A stretch of DNA of 64,000 nt from positions 1,123-65,122 of the IMG/VR virus record IMGVR_UViG_3300028920_000072. One strand, written 5' to 3'. Both the position numbers and the translations under genes were made by a program. This document shows positions 31,218-40,976 of the stretch, piece after piece. This DNA is from a virus. Taxonomy: Duplodnaviria; Caudoviricetes. Each line of letters starts with the position of its first letter. Positions within the stretch are counted from its first letter, which is position 1. A model generated the notes under the pieces. It ran no database searches. It was not told where the DNA came from and saw nothing but the letters and a program-made list of their open reading frames with translations.

Positions 31218-31257
31218 AATGTCTTTAAATCGCTTTAAAATAGTTATTAGAGCCAAT

Positions 31258-31473
31258 TTAACTTTTATATTTATCTATGTCTATTTCCGACATTATTCTT
31301 TTTTCAATTTCTTCGTATCTTTCTATAGGCACTAATGATAGTTTTGCTAATATTTCCATTAGCAAGTTTTTTTCATCTATAGTTTCATCTTCTTTCAAAG
31401 TAGCTTTAAAGATATTCATTATATGATATGCTATAAATTGTACTTGAAATTGTTCTAACATGTTTTCTCTCAT
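31258..31473 (-). CDS. Hypothetical protein
   Basis: 71-aa ORF with A-rich upstream region, co-oriented with the module. Confidence 0.55.
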   Translation of the reverse strand: MRENMLEQFQVQFIAYHIMNIFKATLKEDETIDEKNLLMEILAKLSLVPIERYEEIEKRIMSEIDIDKYKS

Positions 31474-31525
31474 TGTTTTTTTATCGTTTTTTTAAAACGA
31501 CATACCTTTATTTATATTTGGAATT

Positions 31526-31554
31526 AAAAAGGGGGCTAATCAACTCTAGCCCCC
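31526..31554 (-). terminator. Intrinsic terminator overlapping the stop of 31536-32039
   Basis: GGGGGCTA/TAGCCCCC stem followed by a U-tract on the - strand. Confidence 0.6.
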
Positions 31555-32039
31555 ATATCATAAATTTCATAATTTAAATCAAACCTGTCAAATAATTCAT
31601 CAATTCTGCTCCAATTGATATCATATTCTAACTTGACTTGTTTATCATTTTTCTTTTTGTTTATTTTATATAATATGCAATGCATGTCTGAGCCTTCTTC
31701 TTGTTCCCAAAATTGTAACAATCGTTTCTTATATTCATCAGTTAAAGTTGAATATAAGCCTGCCATTGAACTAAAAAAATCTTCTTCTTGTTCTTTTGGG
31801 GTTTCAAAAACATATATAACATGATTATTGTGAATGTATACTTCTTTCCATCCACCTATTTCCTCTTCTTCATAAAAAACAACTAGTATCATGTTATCAT
31901 ATTCTGGCTTATTAAAATCTGCAATATAAGCATTTATAAAATTATCTGTTAAAATGTCTTTATATGTTTTGTCATCACTTAATACCATAGGCAAAATAAA
32001 CTTTGTTGTATTGTTTTTATTTAGCAATATTGGATTCAT
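31536..32039 (-). CDS. Conserved crAss-like hypothetical protein
   Basis: 167-aa ORF; FILPM...FINAYI...GLYSTL..EYKKRLLQFW. Confidence 0.6.
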   Translation of the reverse strand: MNPILLNKNNTTKFILPMVLSDDKTYKDILTDNFINAYIADFNKPEYDNMILVVFYEEEEIGGWKEVYIHNNHVIYVFETPKEQEEDFFSSMAGLYSTLTDEYKKRLLQFWEQEEGSDMHCILYKINKKKNDKQVKLEYDINWSRIDELFDRFDLNYEIYDMGARVD

Positions 32040-32044
32040 GTGAT

Positions 32045-33022
32045 TTATATTAATTCTATTCCTTCACCTTCATAATATAAACGAGAATGTTCCCATTCAT
32101 TATTATCAAAATGCCATTTTAATTCATTCATTAACTTCTCTATTTCCTCTAGTCCTTCAAGTAATCGTCTTTCCGACATTTTAAATACTTTTGTTTCTGG
32201 AATTTCTTTTGTACTTGTTGCTACTATGAATGTCTCTTTTTCATATTCGTCAATATCGAGGTTTAGTTCATTTTTAAAATACCAACCTACAGCTATCCAA
32301 TAAAAAGCTAGTTGACGATTATACTTATATTCTATGGCTTTGTCTGCGAACTCTGATAAGTGACTAGATGTTTTCAAATCTACTAGAATTACTTTTTTTT
32401 CTTCATGGTTAATTATAATCCTATCAACCATTGATTTACATGGTATACCATTTTTATAAACCCAATAAATAGGCAATTCGTTTTTAATGTATAATTTATC
32501 TGAGTTTCCAAATGTTGCATTTGTTTCATTATACATTAATTCTCTTGCTTTTTTGTGGGTTAATAAACTATGTTTGATGTTATTGTAATCATTTAATACT
32601 TTTGTTGGTAGTATTTTAGTATACTTATGTGAAAGTTTTAAATATTTTATATAATCTTCGAAATCTTTTACTAATTTTTTAGCTTTTTCTAGTATAATTT
32701 CATCATTTTCTTTAGTAGAGTATGCAGATTTATACGCTTTTATAAGTTTTTCATCTTTTTTTCCTTTCCTTAATCTAGAAAAAGTCTCACAAAATGCTTT
32801 TTGTTGACTACTTTTAGGTTGTGGATAATCCATAAAGATGTATTGTTTATCAAATTCTTCAGGTTCAAGTATATACATATGTATTTCTTGACCTTTTTCA
32901 AAATAAGAAGGTATAATTTCTTCAATTTCTTTGTCTAACATTAGTTTAAAGTATTTGGGAGATACTTGAAACCACGACAAAGAGGAATTACTTACCTTTT
33001 TTTCTTTGTAGTAATCCTTCAT
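32045..33022 (-). CDS. PD-(D/E)xK exonuclease (RecE/ExoVIII/Cas4-like)
   Basis: VSNSSL...GQEIHMYILEP...CKSMVDRIII...LVDLKTS...YNRQLAFY. Confidence 0.8.
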   Translation of the reverse strand: MKDYYKEKKVSNSSLSWFQVSPKYFKLMLDKEIEEIIPSYFEKGQEIHMYILEPEEFDKQYIFMDYPQPKSSQQKAFCETFSRLRKGKKDEKLIKAYKSAYSTKENDEIILEKAKKLVKDFEDYIKYLKLSHKYTKILPTKVLNDYNNIKHSLLTHKKARELMYNETNATFGNSDKLYIKNELPIYWVYKNGIPCKSMVDRIIINHEEKKVILVDLKTSSHLSEFADKAIEYKYNRQLAFYWIAVGWYFKNELNLDIDEYEKETFIVATSTKEIPETKVFKMSERRLLEGLEEIEKLMNELKWHFDNNEWEHSRLYYEGEGIELI

Positions 33023-33494
33023 TTTTACTTTTTATTATTTCAATTACTTCATCTACTTGTTTCTGATTTCTAGGCATGTATAAATCTAACAATAGATCAT
33101 TTCTATATATATAATATTTAAATAATTTCCATCTTAAAGGAAAAGCATCGTTGGGATTTCCTTTAGTTTCTATTATCCATCCTATTATTTCAGGATTAAA
33201 TGCATATGTACCTACAAAATCAGGAGTGTAATTTATGCTTCTTATTAAGGGACGTTGTAAACCAAACGTTCTTACTCCTTTTCTTTTAAATAATTCATAA
33301 CTATCGTTTTCAAATGTAAACGACGGCATTAGTTCAAATTTATTTTCTTCATATTGGAATAAAAGTTTAGCTTCTTTTAATTTTTTATAACAATATAGTT
33401 CAAGTTTACTTTTAAATTGTATTCCATTATATTTAAGAGGAGTAGCGTTACGAACTTTCTTGTTTTTCTTCTTTATTTTCCTCTTGTATTGCAT
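32988..33494 (-). CDS. Endonuclease (T7 endonuclease I/DUF1064-like)
   Basis: YNGIQFKSKLELYCY...YTPDFV...IIETKG...FPLRWKLFK. Confidence 0.75.
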   Translation of the reverse strand: MQYKRKIKKKNKKVRNATPLKYNGIQFKSKLELYCYKKLKEAKLLFQYEENKFELMPSFTFENDSYELFKRKGVRTFGLQRPLIRSINYTPDFVGTYAFNPEIIGWIIETKGNPNDAFPLRWKLFKYYIYRNDLLLDLYMPRNQKQVDEVIEIIKSKNEGLLQRKKGK

Positions 33495-33780
33495 AATATA
33501 ATATTGCTAGATAGTTTATAGCATCCGATATAGTATCATAGATGCTTTCATCTTTCACATTAGCATCTTGTTCTATAAGATTACTAATCCTAGTTATCTT
33601 ATCCATAATTCTAACTAAGATACCTTGTGACATTTTTATTTTAGCTAAGTTGGCTGATAATTCAAAATTTCTAAGACCAAACTTATGATCTTTACCTGAA
33701 TAATCAGCATTTTTAACTTTCATTGTTTCAATCGAATTTCTATATAGTTCAATTGTATTTTCAATCAAATTCATTTTCAT
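33448..33780 (-). CDS. Nucleotide-modification-associated domain protein (Nmad1/DUF1599-like)
   Basis: KNADYS...GILVRIMDKITRISNL...VKDESIYDTISDAINY. Confidence 0.7.
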   Translation of the reverse strand: MKMNLIENTIELYRNSIETMKVKNADYSGKDHKFGLRNFELSANLAKIKMSQGILVRIMDKITRISNLIEQDANVKDESIYDTISDAINYLAILYYAIQEENKEEKQESS

Positions 33781-33781
33781 T

Positions 33782-34783
33782 TTATTTTAAAACCTCTTCT
33801 TTGAACAATTCTTTTAATAATTCAATTGTCTTCTCTTTACTCATCTCTTTACGAAAGTCACTTATATCTTTTACTTTGTATATTTCAAGATAATGTTTTG
33901 GTATAAATACTGATTTAAGATTATATCGTTTAGATAGTTTTTTTGCACCTTCAACGCCACCATCATCGTAGTCAAAGAATATTACGATTTTTTTGAATCT
34001 TTGTTTCAAATTATCCATTATTTTTTTAGGTATGGTAGATTGTTCACTTTGTGGTGCTACTGAAGTATAACCTAATGAATGTAGGGTCATTACATCTTTT
34101 AGAGATTTAGTTATTATAAGTAAATCACCAGAGTCTGGTAATTGTTCTAATCCTTGTAAATCATAAGAACTACAATTGTTTCTCCATTTGTTTTTTCTTA
34201 CTTTAGCATATGGTCTATAGATTTTAAACTTATCATATATTTTATATGCATATATAGGATTATCTTTATTATAAGTAAATCCAGATGGTTCTCCATTTAC
34301 CCAAAAGGTTTGTATTGGAAAGACGTTAAAATACTTTAGTATTTCCCTATCTATTCCATATTGTTCCCAATACTCATCATCAGCTTTAGTGAAGTATTTA
34401 CGAGTTATTCCTATTATAGTGCTTGGTATAGATACTCTTTCTGCTGGTTTAATAGATTTAATTTTAGGCTTTAGTTCTTTACCTGCTATAATATCTTCCC
34501 ATACTTTCTCTAATGCTTTATTAAACTTTAGATCAAATAATTTTTGTACAAAGGTTATTACATTGCCTGCTTCACCTGTTGCAAAATCTTTCCATAATAA
34601 GTTGCCTACTTTATTTCTGAATATACTCCAAGATGGATGTTTATCAGTTCTAAATGGAGATGACATTGGTTTGTTAACTTTTAAATTGTAACCTAAGTAA
34701 TGACTATATATTTGATATTCATCAACATATTTTAAAATTTTCTCATAAGTTACTTCGTCTGTTACTTTGGTTGTATCGTACAT
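33782..34783 (-). CDS. DNA primase (DnaG-type, crAss-like); true start probably the ATG at 34783
   Basis: SPFRTDKHPS...WKDFATG; Toprim motifs LIITKSLKDVM, FFDYDDGG, KDISD. Confidence 0.85.
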   Translation of the reverse strand: MYDTTKVTDEVTYEKILKYVDEYQIYSHYLGYNLKVNKPMSSPFRTDKHPSWSIFRNKVGNLLWKDFATGEAGNVITFVQKLFDLKFNKALEKVWEDIIAGKELKPKIKSIKPAERVSIPSTIIGITRKYFTKADDEYWEQYGIDREILKYFNVFPIQTFWVNGEPSGFTYNKDNPIYAYKIYDKFKIYRPYAKVRKNKWRNNCSSYDLQGLEQLPDSGDLLIITKSLKDVMTLHSLGYTSVAPQSEQSTIPKKIMDNLKQRFKKIVIFFDYDDGGVEGAKKLSKRYNLKSVFIPKHYLEIYKVKDISDFRKEMSKEKTIELLKELFKEEVLK

Positions 34784-34796
34784 AATTATAAATATA

Positions 34797-34860
34797 AAAG
34801 GGCTCGGTGTCGCATTGCGTGTCATTTCACGAACTTACGTTCCCTGTCTACCAAGCCCTT
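34797..34860 (-). ncRNA. Structured intergenic RNA element (multi-branch stem-loop, possibly terminator-like)
   Basis: - strand: GGGCTTGGT...GAAC-GTAA-GTTC...GAAATG..CGC-AAT-GCG..ACCGAGCCC-TTTT. Confidence 0.5.
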
Positions 34861-34869
34861 GATTATATA

Positions 34870-35466
34870 TTAGAATGGCAGTCCTTCAGTACCGCCTGTT
34901 GTTTCTGATTGTGTATCATTACTTTCTGTCCCTGCAAAAGGATTGGACTCAACCTTAGGTTCGTTATCTACCCTATCTCTTTTCATCTTATCTATGGATA
35001 TGATTTCAAGTTTGGACTTTTCCTTAGGTACATCCATGCTTTCTATAAAAGGAACATAATTTGGTAATGATGTATAATTGTTGTTCGAATAAACAACTTT
35101 AATTCTGACTAACTTGTTGTTAAATTTATCATCTAAAAGCTTTATAGTATTTTCACAAAATGATTTAAAATCTTCTGCTTTAAATACATATGCTTCTTCT
35201 GGTATAAATTTTGTTACTATATGTTTTACCCTTTTCATCTGATTTGCTTTCTTATTTTTAAGTTTAACAGGATCAGGATCTTTGGGTTCCCATTCTGTAT
35301 GTGGAAGAGTTTTACCCTCTTTCTCAAAAGTAAACACCATAAATTTATTACCTTCGGTGCTTTCTTTATATTCCACATTTGTAAGTTTTACATTTTCATG
35401 AATACCTACATCTATGAAATTTACTCCAGTTGTTTCAGAATTTATTTCTAAAGTTACATCGTACAT
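34870..35466 (-). CDS. Putative single-stranded DNA-binding protein
   Basis: Located between primase and AAA ATPase; flexible acidic tail ending GLPF. Confidence 0.6.
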   Translation of the reverse strand: MYDVTLEINSETTGVNFIDVGIHENVKLTNVEYKESTEGNKFMVFTFEKEGKTLPHTEWEPKDPDPVKLKNKKANQMKRVKHIVTKFIPEEAYVFKAEDFKSFCENTIKLLDDKFNNKLVRIKVVYSNNNYTSLPNYVPFIESMDVPKEKSKLEIISIDKMKRDRVDNEPKVESNPFAGTESNDTQSETTGGTEGLPF

Positions 35467-35484
35467 GTTTATAATACTCCTATA

Positions 35485-36150
35485 TTATTTATTACTTAAT
35501 TTCTCGTTTACTTTTTTAACGAATTCTGCATAATCATTAGGTATAGTATCCATACTCATAGATTCAGGATCATCTAAAAACACTGGTGGAGTTTTCGCAG
35601 AATTATATCCATCTGAGTTTAATATTATATAATAATTACGTTTGTCATCTACAATATTCATTTCGGTGAAATGTACAATAGTAAATTCTTTTTCCACTTT
35701 ACCTTTCCATTTACCACCTGGTACATACATTCTTTTTTCCTCTGCACCACGTTCTGTTTCTACCCAATCATAATGTGCTGTTACAACAATATGTTTTGGA
35801 TATTTTTTTATCATGAATAATAGTTTTCCAACTTCTTCGTTAAAATAATTCCAAATATCAAAACCTTTCTTTGTTTCATGAGCAGTTTTGTGTAAACTAT
35901 CAAAGTATGCCGATAAACTGTCTAATACAACTAACTCTATAGTATCGTCTTTTGCGTATTCGATAAGTTTCTGATAACATTCTTGCCAATTATTCGGAGT
36001 ACTATAATGTTTAAAATTGTTAATGAAAGGCAATGGTTTATTCTCCATATTTACAAATCCAGTAGTTTCTGGATCTAAATTTCGAAGTGCCATTGTCTTT
36101 CCTTTACCTGGCATACCAACTAATGCGAATTGGTATGGCGTTACTTTCAT
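35485..36150 (-). CDS. AAA_24/Sak4-like ATPase (recombination-associated)
   Basis: Walker A GMPGKGKT, Walker B VVLDSLS, GFDIW, VEKEFTIV, SAKTP. Confidence 0.75.
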   Translation of the reverse strand: MKVTPYQFALVGMPGKGKTMALRNLDPETTGFVNMENKPLPFINNFKHYSTPNNWQECYQKLIEYAKDDTIELVVLDSLSAYFDSLHKTAHETKKGFDIWNYFNEEVGKLLFMIKKYPKHIVVTAHYDWVETERGAEEKRMYVPGGKWKGKVEKEFTIVHFTEMNIVDDKRNYYIILNSDGYNSAKTPPVFLDDPESMSMDTIPNDYAEFVKKVNEKLSNK

Positions 36151-36169
36151 TATAGTTTGTTTTTTTAAA

Positions 36170-36288
36170 ATAGTACCTGGGGCAAGTAACCGCTATTGCG
36201 TTCGGGTACATTTCTGTCCACGGTGGCATTGCATATTGTCTATGGACGACGTTACAATCTTGCCCCATAGCCTCAATTTTGGTACTAT
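36170..36288 (-). ncRNA. Structured intergenic RNA element
   Basis: Nested stems ATAGTACC/GGTACTAT, TGGGGCAAG/CTTGCCCCA, GTAAC/GTTAC, GTCCA/TGGAC, CGC/GCG; GC-rich relative to flanks. Confidence 0.6.
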
Positions 36289-36307
36289 ATATAGTTAATT
36301 AATAAAA

Positions 36308-37027
36308 TTAACGAATTTCGAAATCGAGATATTTTCTACCTCTATAATCTTCGTTAATGAAAAGTTTAGTACCGTCAACGATAATAAACTCATTTCCAAA
36401 AAGGTCTACGTAGATGTCATATTGATCATAACCGATTTTTACCCAGTTACGAAATATATGTACACTATCTACATTTTTCTCTTCAAGCAAAACTACTACA
36501 CCTTCGGCTACGATACCACCAAGAACATGTATTAGAATTGGTTTTTCTTTCTTACTCTTTTTAGGTTTCCTTTTTGGTTTTCTTCTTTTTATTGGTTCTT
36601 CGATGCAGATACAATCAAATCTTATATCATCATCTTCATAAGATACAGTAGCAGTATTTGCTTTTGAATACTTATGTACAAAACCTATTAGTTTCTCAAA
36701 TTCCATTATACTAAATATGTTTTTAGTATGACAATATTTTCTCTCGTCAAGAGAAAAAACTTCTTTTGGATCTTTGAGTATGCGGTAATCATAATTACGT
36801 CCATCTCCGAACACAATTACATCACCTTCTTTAGCTTGGCTAATATGAGGAGTTCCTCTTTTATTAACAAGTTCATTTTCAATTACTTCAACTTGAAAAA
36901 GTCCAAATAGAAGTTTGGCATACCCATTAGTAGCATCATTAAGTACCACAAATGGGTATTTTTTGCCAGATTTGTTATTATTTGTTACTTTTTCTGTAAA
37001 GGCGCTTACGCCAAATATATTTGTCAT
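36308..37027 (-). CDS. Hypothetical protein
   Basis: 239-aa ORF with an internal Lys-rich linker. Confidence 0.6.
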   Translation of the reverse strand: MTNIFGVSAFTEKVTNNNKSGKKYPFVVLNDATNGYAKLLFGLFQVEVIENELVNKRGTPHISQAKEGDVIVFGDGRNYDYRILKDPKEVFSLDERKYCHTKNIFSIMEFEKLIGFVHKYSKANTATVSYEDDDIRFDCICIEEPIKRRKPKRKPKKSKKEKPILIHVLGGIVAEGVVVLLEEKNVDSVHIFRNWVKIGYDQYDIYVDLFGNEFIIVDGTKLFINEDYRGRKYLDFEIR

Positions 37028-37037
37028 ATATGTTTAT

Positions 37038-37997
37038 TTATTTTACTTCATTAATGTTTATTTCTTCTATAGAATTATATTTCAAATTATTATAGAAGGT
37101 GAAAATTTTAGGCTCTCCTTCCCGAACTTTTAAAAAATGCATATAAATTATATTCTCGACAGGTTTTTTGCTTGGTCCATATCTTGATATTTGTAAAAGT
37201 TCAGGACGATGTAATACTATAACATAATCCGAAATTTGAAATATAGAATCAGAACCAAATAAATCTCTTCGCATTGGAAAATGTAACGAAGGATTATTGA
37301 TTCTTTCAGAGCTTTCTATTTCTCTGTTCATTTGACTTAACTGAATAATAGTAGTTTTACCTACTTTCTTAGCTTCCATAAATACTCTTTGTAACTCGTA
37401 CAATGTTTCTCTTTCTTTTTGTCCTTGTTTGTTTTTAGTTAATAAGGTATGATCAAGGATAATAACTATCCATGTACCTTTGGGGACAAACTTTTTATGA
37501 AAATAGTCAATAGTATTTTTTATTTCATCTACTGTACCAGGGCGATCTACATAGTAGATAGGATACTTTTCGATTAGTTTCGCATGATGTTTTATTTGTT
37601 CAAATTCAGAATCCTGCATTGTTTTTATTCGATCATCACCACTGTAAAGTTCACTAGTTGTCTTTTTTAATTTGTAACTTAATTTTCTTCCAATTTGTCT
37701 GCTACTAAGCATTTCAAAATTGAAAGATAAGACTATAAAATTTTCAGTTGGATTTAAATCAAACAAATCCGTTTCTAAACTATTAACAAATGAAGATTTA
37801 CCACTACCAGATATACCAGCAATGCTGTATATCGTACTTGGTTCTATACCACCCATACACTGACGATTAAATTTAGACCATCTAGTTTTTAGAGATTTGA
37901 CAACTCCTTTACGTCTGTTGTCAATATAATGGACTATCTCGTTAGTTGGCTCTTTTATATGTCTAAAAGGCAGTATATTATTCGATGTCTGTTCCAT
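37038..37997 (-). CDS. dnaB: Replicative DNA helicase (DnaB-like C-terminal domain)
   Basis: AGISGSGKS, FNFEM, IILDHTLL, LSQMNR, DLFGSDSIFQISDYVIVLHRP, KVREG. Confidence 0.85.
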   Translation of the reverse strand: MEQTSNNILPFRHIKEPTNEIVHYIDNRRKGVVKSLKTRWSKFNRQCMGGIEPSTIYSIAGISGSGKSSFVNSLETDLFDLNPTENFIVLSFNFEMLSSRQIGRKLSYKLKKTTSELYSGDDRIKTMQDSEFEQIKHHAKLIEKYPIYYVDRPGTVDEIKNTIDYFHKKFVPKGTWIVIILDHTLLTKNKQGQKERETLYELQRVFMEAKKVGKTTIIQLSQMNREIESSERINNPSLHFPMRRDLFGSDSIFQISDYVIVLHRPELLQISRYGPSKKPVENIIYMHFLKVREGEPKIFTFYNNLKYNSIEEININEVK

Positions 37998-38565
37998 AGC
38001 CTATAGTTTTGTCATCTGGAATGGTTACATGGTCGTCTTCGGCCATATCTGTAAATGTCGTCCAGGCTTCAGATGAGAGCCATGTAGGCATACGTTTCAT
38101 AAAACGCATCGAACCATGAGATTCTCTGTATTCTATTTCTTTTTCTAGACATTTTATTATAAACCTATGTTTACTAGGATTACCTGAGATAATGTTATTG
38201 TAAATCTTTTTGCACCTCTTACGATCCATTCTTAAATAATCATAACCACCATCTGGTCTTAAAACTTTTACAGGATAAGTTTTATAGAATTCTTCAAAAG
38301 GATCTTCTGAGAAAGATAATTCTTTTAAAAAATCCGAAGATGGTTGTATTTTGTTGACACTTACATATTCGTCTGGAGGTTCGCTTAATAGACCTATACT
38401 ATACAGATATTTCCAATCTTGAAATAAAGTGAGATGTGTTTCTGTAGTTCTCAAATAATTGTTTAATTGAGAGTGTTTATTGTCTAAAGCTAATTTTAGT
38501 ATTAGATATTGGTGAGCTGTTATTCTCTTTCTTTTTAAGTATTGTAAATCAATCTCTATTATCAT
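37978..38565 (-). CDS. Putative replication initiator/helicase loader
   Basis: FEEFYKTYP...KRCKKIY...FMKRMPTWL..EAW motif of phage replication proteins; adjacent to the helicase. Confidence 0.5.
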   Translation of the reverse strand: MIIEIDLQYLKRKRITAHQYLILKLALDNKHSQLNNYLRTTETHLTLFQDWKYLYSIGLLSEPPDEYVSVNKIQPSSDFLKELSFSEDPFEEFYKTYPVKVLRPDGGYDYLRMDRKRCKKIYNNIISGNPSKHRFIIKCLEKEIEYRESHGSMRFMKRMPTWLSSEAWTTFTDMAEDDHVTIPDDKTIGYGTDIE

Positions 38566-38612
38566 GTTGTGTTAAATTATAGAGAGTGATTACATTTGGT
38601 AAATTTGTAGAA

Positions 38613-39017
38613 TTATTTAATTCTCACTCTTTTAATTATTGTTTTATATTTACCTTCTTTTATTTTTTTTACTTCAACTATTTTTTTTCTAAATAGTATT
38701 TTTTTAAATGGTTGTATTTTCATAATATGATCTATTTCAACATCATATTTAAATACATCTTTAACAAATTCAGCTTTTGTTCTTTTATCTGCTTTTTTAT
38801 ATAATGGATACATAACATCAATTAATTCAAGAGCTAATCGTAATTCTTTGACATTTGGTCTATAACCACCTATATCAACTTTACCATTAATTATGTGTAA
38901 TTCATTATCAAAAGTTATGCATGTTATGCTTCCAAATTTATCACTTAAATTATTTATATTATTTAGAATTTCTTCTTCTAATCTTTTGCGAAGTTTTTTT
39001 GGTACTTTTTGTGACAT
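38613..39017 (-). CDS. Hypothetical protein
   Basis: 134-aa basic ORF. Confidence 0.55.
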   Translation of the reverse strand: MSQKVPKKLRKRLEEEILNNINNLSDKFGSITCITFDNELHIINGKVDIGGYRPNVKELRLALELIDVMYPLYKKADKRTKAEFVKDVFKYDVEIDHIMKIQPFKKILFRKKIVEVKKIKEGKYKTIIKRVRIK

Positions 39018-39022
39018 TTAAT

Positions 39023-40885
39023 TTAATTGAATAAAGATAATTGTCTATCTATAATAGCATCAATTATCTTTTGAGTTGTATTAATGTAATAATTGTAATC
39101 TATATTGTATTCATTAATTTCTTTTTCTTCAAAGGTGTTAAATATAGTAACTCTTTTGTTTGCCTCATAATTAGTTATTATATCTTCTTCTCTATTTGTT
39201 TTTAATAATGTTCCACCATCAGTTGAAACATAATATCGCACTGATCTTTGAAGTAAGGTTTTATGAACTTTTCCATTCTTTACATAATGAAATTCATTTT
39301 GAAATCTTTCATCTATTTTTTTAGCAATGCAAAAATTATATATATCCTTATTGTTATATATTGTATCTTTTATTGGTATGTTTTTTACAAAGTAATTGTA
39401 TAATGCAATAGAAACAATTGGTTTATCCCAACCTTTATTTAAAGGATCTGTCATATTTGAAAACTTTTTAGGAAAATCTTTTATAAATATTCCTTTAGTC
39501 TTTACTTCACCTCCTCGTTTTATTGCTATATAATTATTTACATCTCTTCTAATATACTTAGTATAATATGCATATTCTAATTCATATTTAGTATATTGTT
39601 CCCATCTTTTGCATATTTCAAAATATTTGTCTTTCTTATTCTTAGGTACTAAAACTGTGATACCATCTGTATTAGCAGATATAGTTTTAAATCCATTTAA
39701 TGATAATTGTTCTATTAACATTAATAAAAATAATTGTCCATTTATACTTACCTTAACGCTAACTAATGGATCATAAAGCCAATGATTAGGATTTAAAGTT
39801 TTTCCTACTGTAGCATTTAATACTATTTTTAATCCTTCACTGGTAGTCATATCTCCCTCTTTCTTAGCTTTTATTCTAGTGTTTCTTAAATCTATAAAGT
39901 TTTTAAGAAATTTATTACCTAAATGAGCAGGAGTTAATTCATAGTTAATAAAGGTTGCTGGATACATTGAAGCTATATCTGCATCAATTATATATGTATC
40001 ATCTGTTTCTTCAAACATTGCACCTTTATCTACTGAATGGAGACCTCCTACCCCCATTTTATATTTAGTGCCATCAAATACGAAAACTTTATTAAAGAAC
40101 GGCATGTCTTTATAATAGACATGGTTTTTAACATTTTCTAAAACTTCATCTAAAGTATTTGTATTGAATCGTACATTATCTAATACAACCCAATCAAATC
40201 GTATGAAAGGTCTTTTAGTTCTTAACCCTTTAAAATATTTGAACTGAAGTCCTGATGTTTCAGAATAAAATTTTTCAAGTAATCTATTAGCTATTCCACT
40301 ATCAGATTCTGAAAAAACATTTACTTTATATTTTTTAGCCAGTTCAAATCTTAGTTTAATATTATCTTCTAGATGGTAAAATAATTTTTCAGTTATTAAA
40401 ACATCATTTAAATTATATTCACGAATTATATCTACTTCATTAGCTTTAATCACATTATTCATAGGTATTGGTAAATCTTGTAATTTAGGCCATTTTAATG
40501 AGACTCCTATTAGTTTTAATGATTTACGATAAAATCCTATTTTCATTAAATCTAAAAATTTAAATGGTAAATTATATCTATAATCAGTAAAATCACTATC
40601 TATTAATATTTTAGCAAATTTAAATAATTCATTAGCTTGCTCTTCTGGTGGTCTCATAGTTAAAGAAAAATGATTCTTATATATATAATTTAATATTTGG
40701 TTATCAAAAGTATAATTATTATAACCTACTAACCACTTTTCAGAATCATTTATAAACTGATATAATTCATCCATATCGCTTTTATCATCAAATATGATAA
40801 ATTCTTTTAGTTCTTTGGTATTTGGATTTTTAAATATAACAGAAAAATAATTAATGTATGTTTCTATATCGTATATCCAAATCAT
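39023..40885 (-). CDS. DNA polymerase, family B
   Basis: Exonuclease YDIET, GYNNYTFD, YNLNDV; polymerase DIASMYP, KIVLNATVGK, NTDGI, DVNNY, KTKG. Confidence 0.9.
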   Translation of the reverse strand: MIWIYDIETYINYFSVIFKNPNTKELKEFIIFDDKSDMDELYQFINDSEKWLVGYNNYTFDNQILNYIYKNHFSLTMRPPEEQANELFKFAKILIDSDFTDYRYNLPFKFLDLMKIGFYRKSLKLIGVSLKWPKLQDLPIPMNNVIKANEVDIIREYNLNDVLITEKLFYHLEDNIKLRFELAKKYKVNVFSESDSGIANRLLEKFYSETSGLQFKYFKGLRTKRPFIRFDWVVLDNVRFNTNTLDEVLENVKNHVYYKDMPFFNKVFVFDGTKYKMGVGGLHSVDKGAMFEETDDTYIIDADIASMYPATFINYELTPAHLGNKFLKNFIDLRNTRIKAKKEGDMTTSEGLKIVLNATVGKTLNPNHWLYDPLVSVKVSINGQLFLLMLIEQLSLNGFKTISANTDGITVLVPKNKKDKYFEICKRWEQYTKYELEYAYYTKYIRRDVNNYIAIKRGGEVKTKGIFIKDFPKKFSNMTDPLNKGWDKPIVSIALYNYFVKNIPIKDTIYNNKDIYNFCIAKKIDERFQNEFHYVKNGKVHKTLLQRSVRYYVSTDGGTLLKTNREEDIITNYEANKRVTIFNTFEEKEINEYNIDYNYYINTTQKIIDAIIDRQLSLFN

Positions 40886-40900
40886 TTTTAAATGTATTTA

Positions 40901-40976
40901 AAGACAGCATAAGGCATTTTATCTAACTTGTTGGTACTCTTATATACCTGAGTCTTAAAATGCCTTAAATCGTCTT
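40901..40976 (-). promoter_or_regulatory. Stem-loop in the 5' leader of the DNA polymerase gene
   Basis: TAAGGCATTTTA (40910-40921)/TAAAATGCCTTA (40956-40967) perfect 12-bp inverted repeat, flanked by AAGAC/GTCTT. Confidence 0.5.

Noticed and set aside
32045-33022. Cas4 of a CRISPR-Cas system
   Set aside because: No Fe-S cysteine cluster, no other cas genes and no array; an ordinary phage recombination exonuclease
34784-34825. N-terminal extension MTRNATPSPFIFII of the primase
   Set aside because: It lies inside the structured RNA element; the ATG at 34783 has a typical AT-rich leader and better matches a primase start
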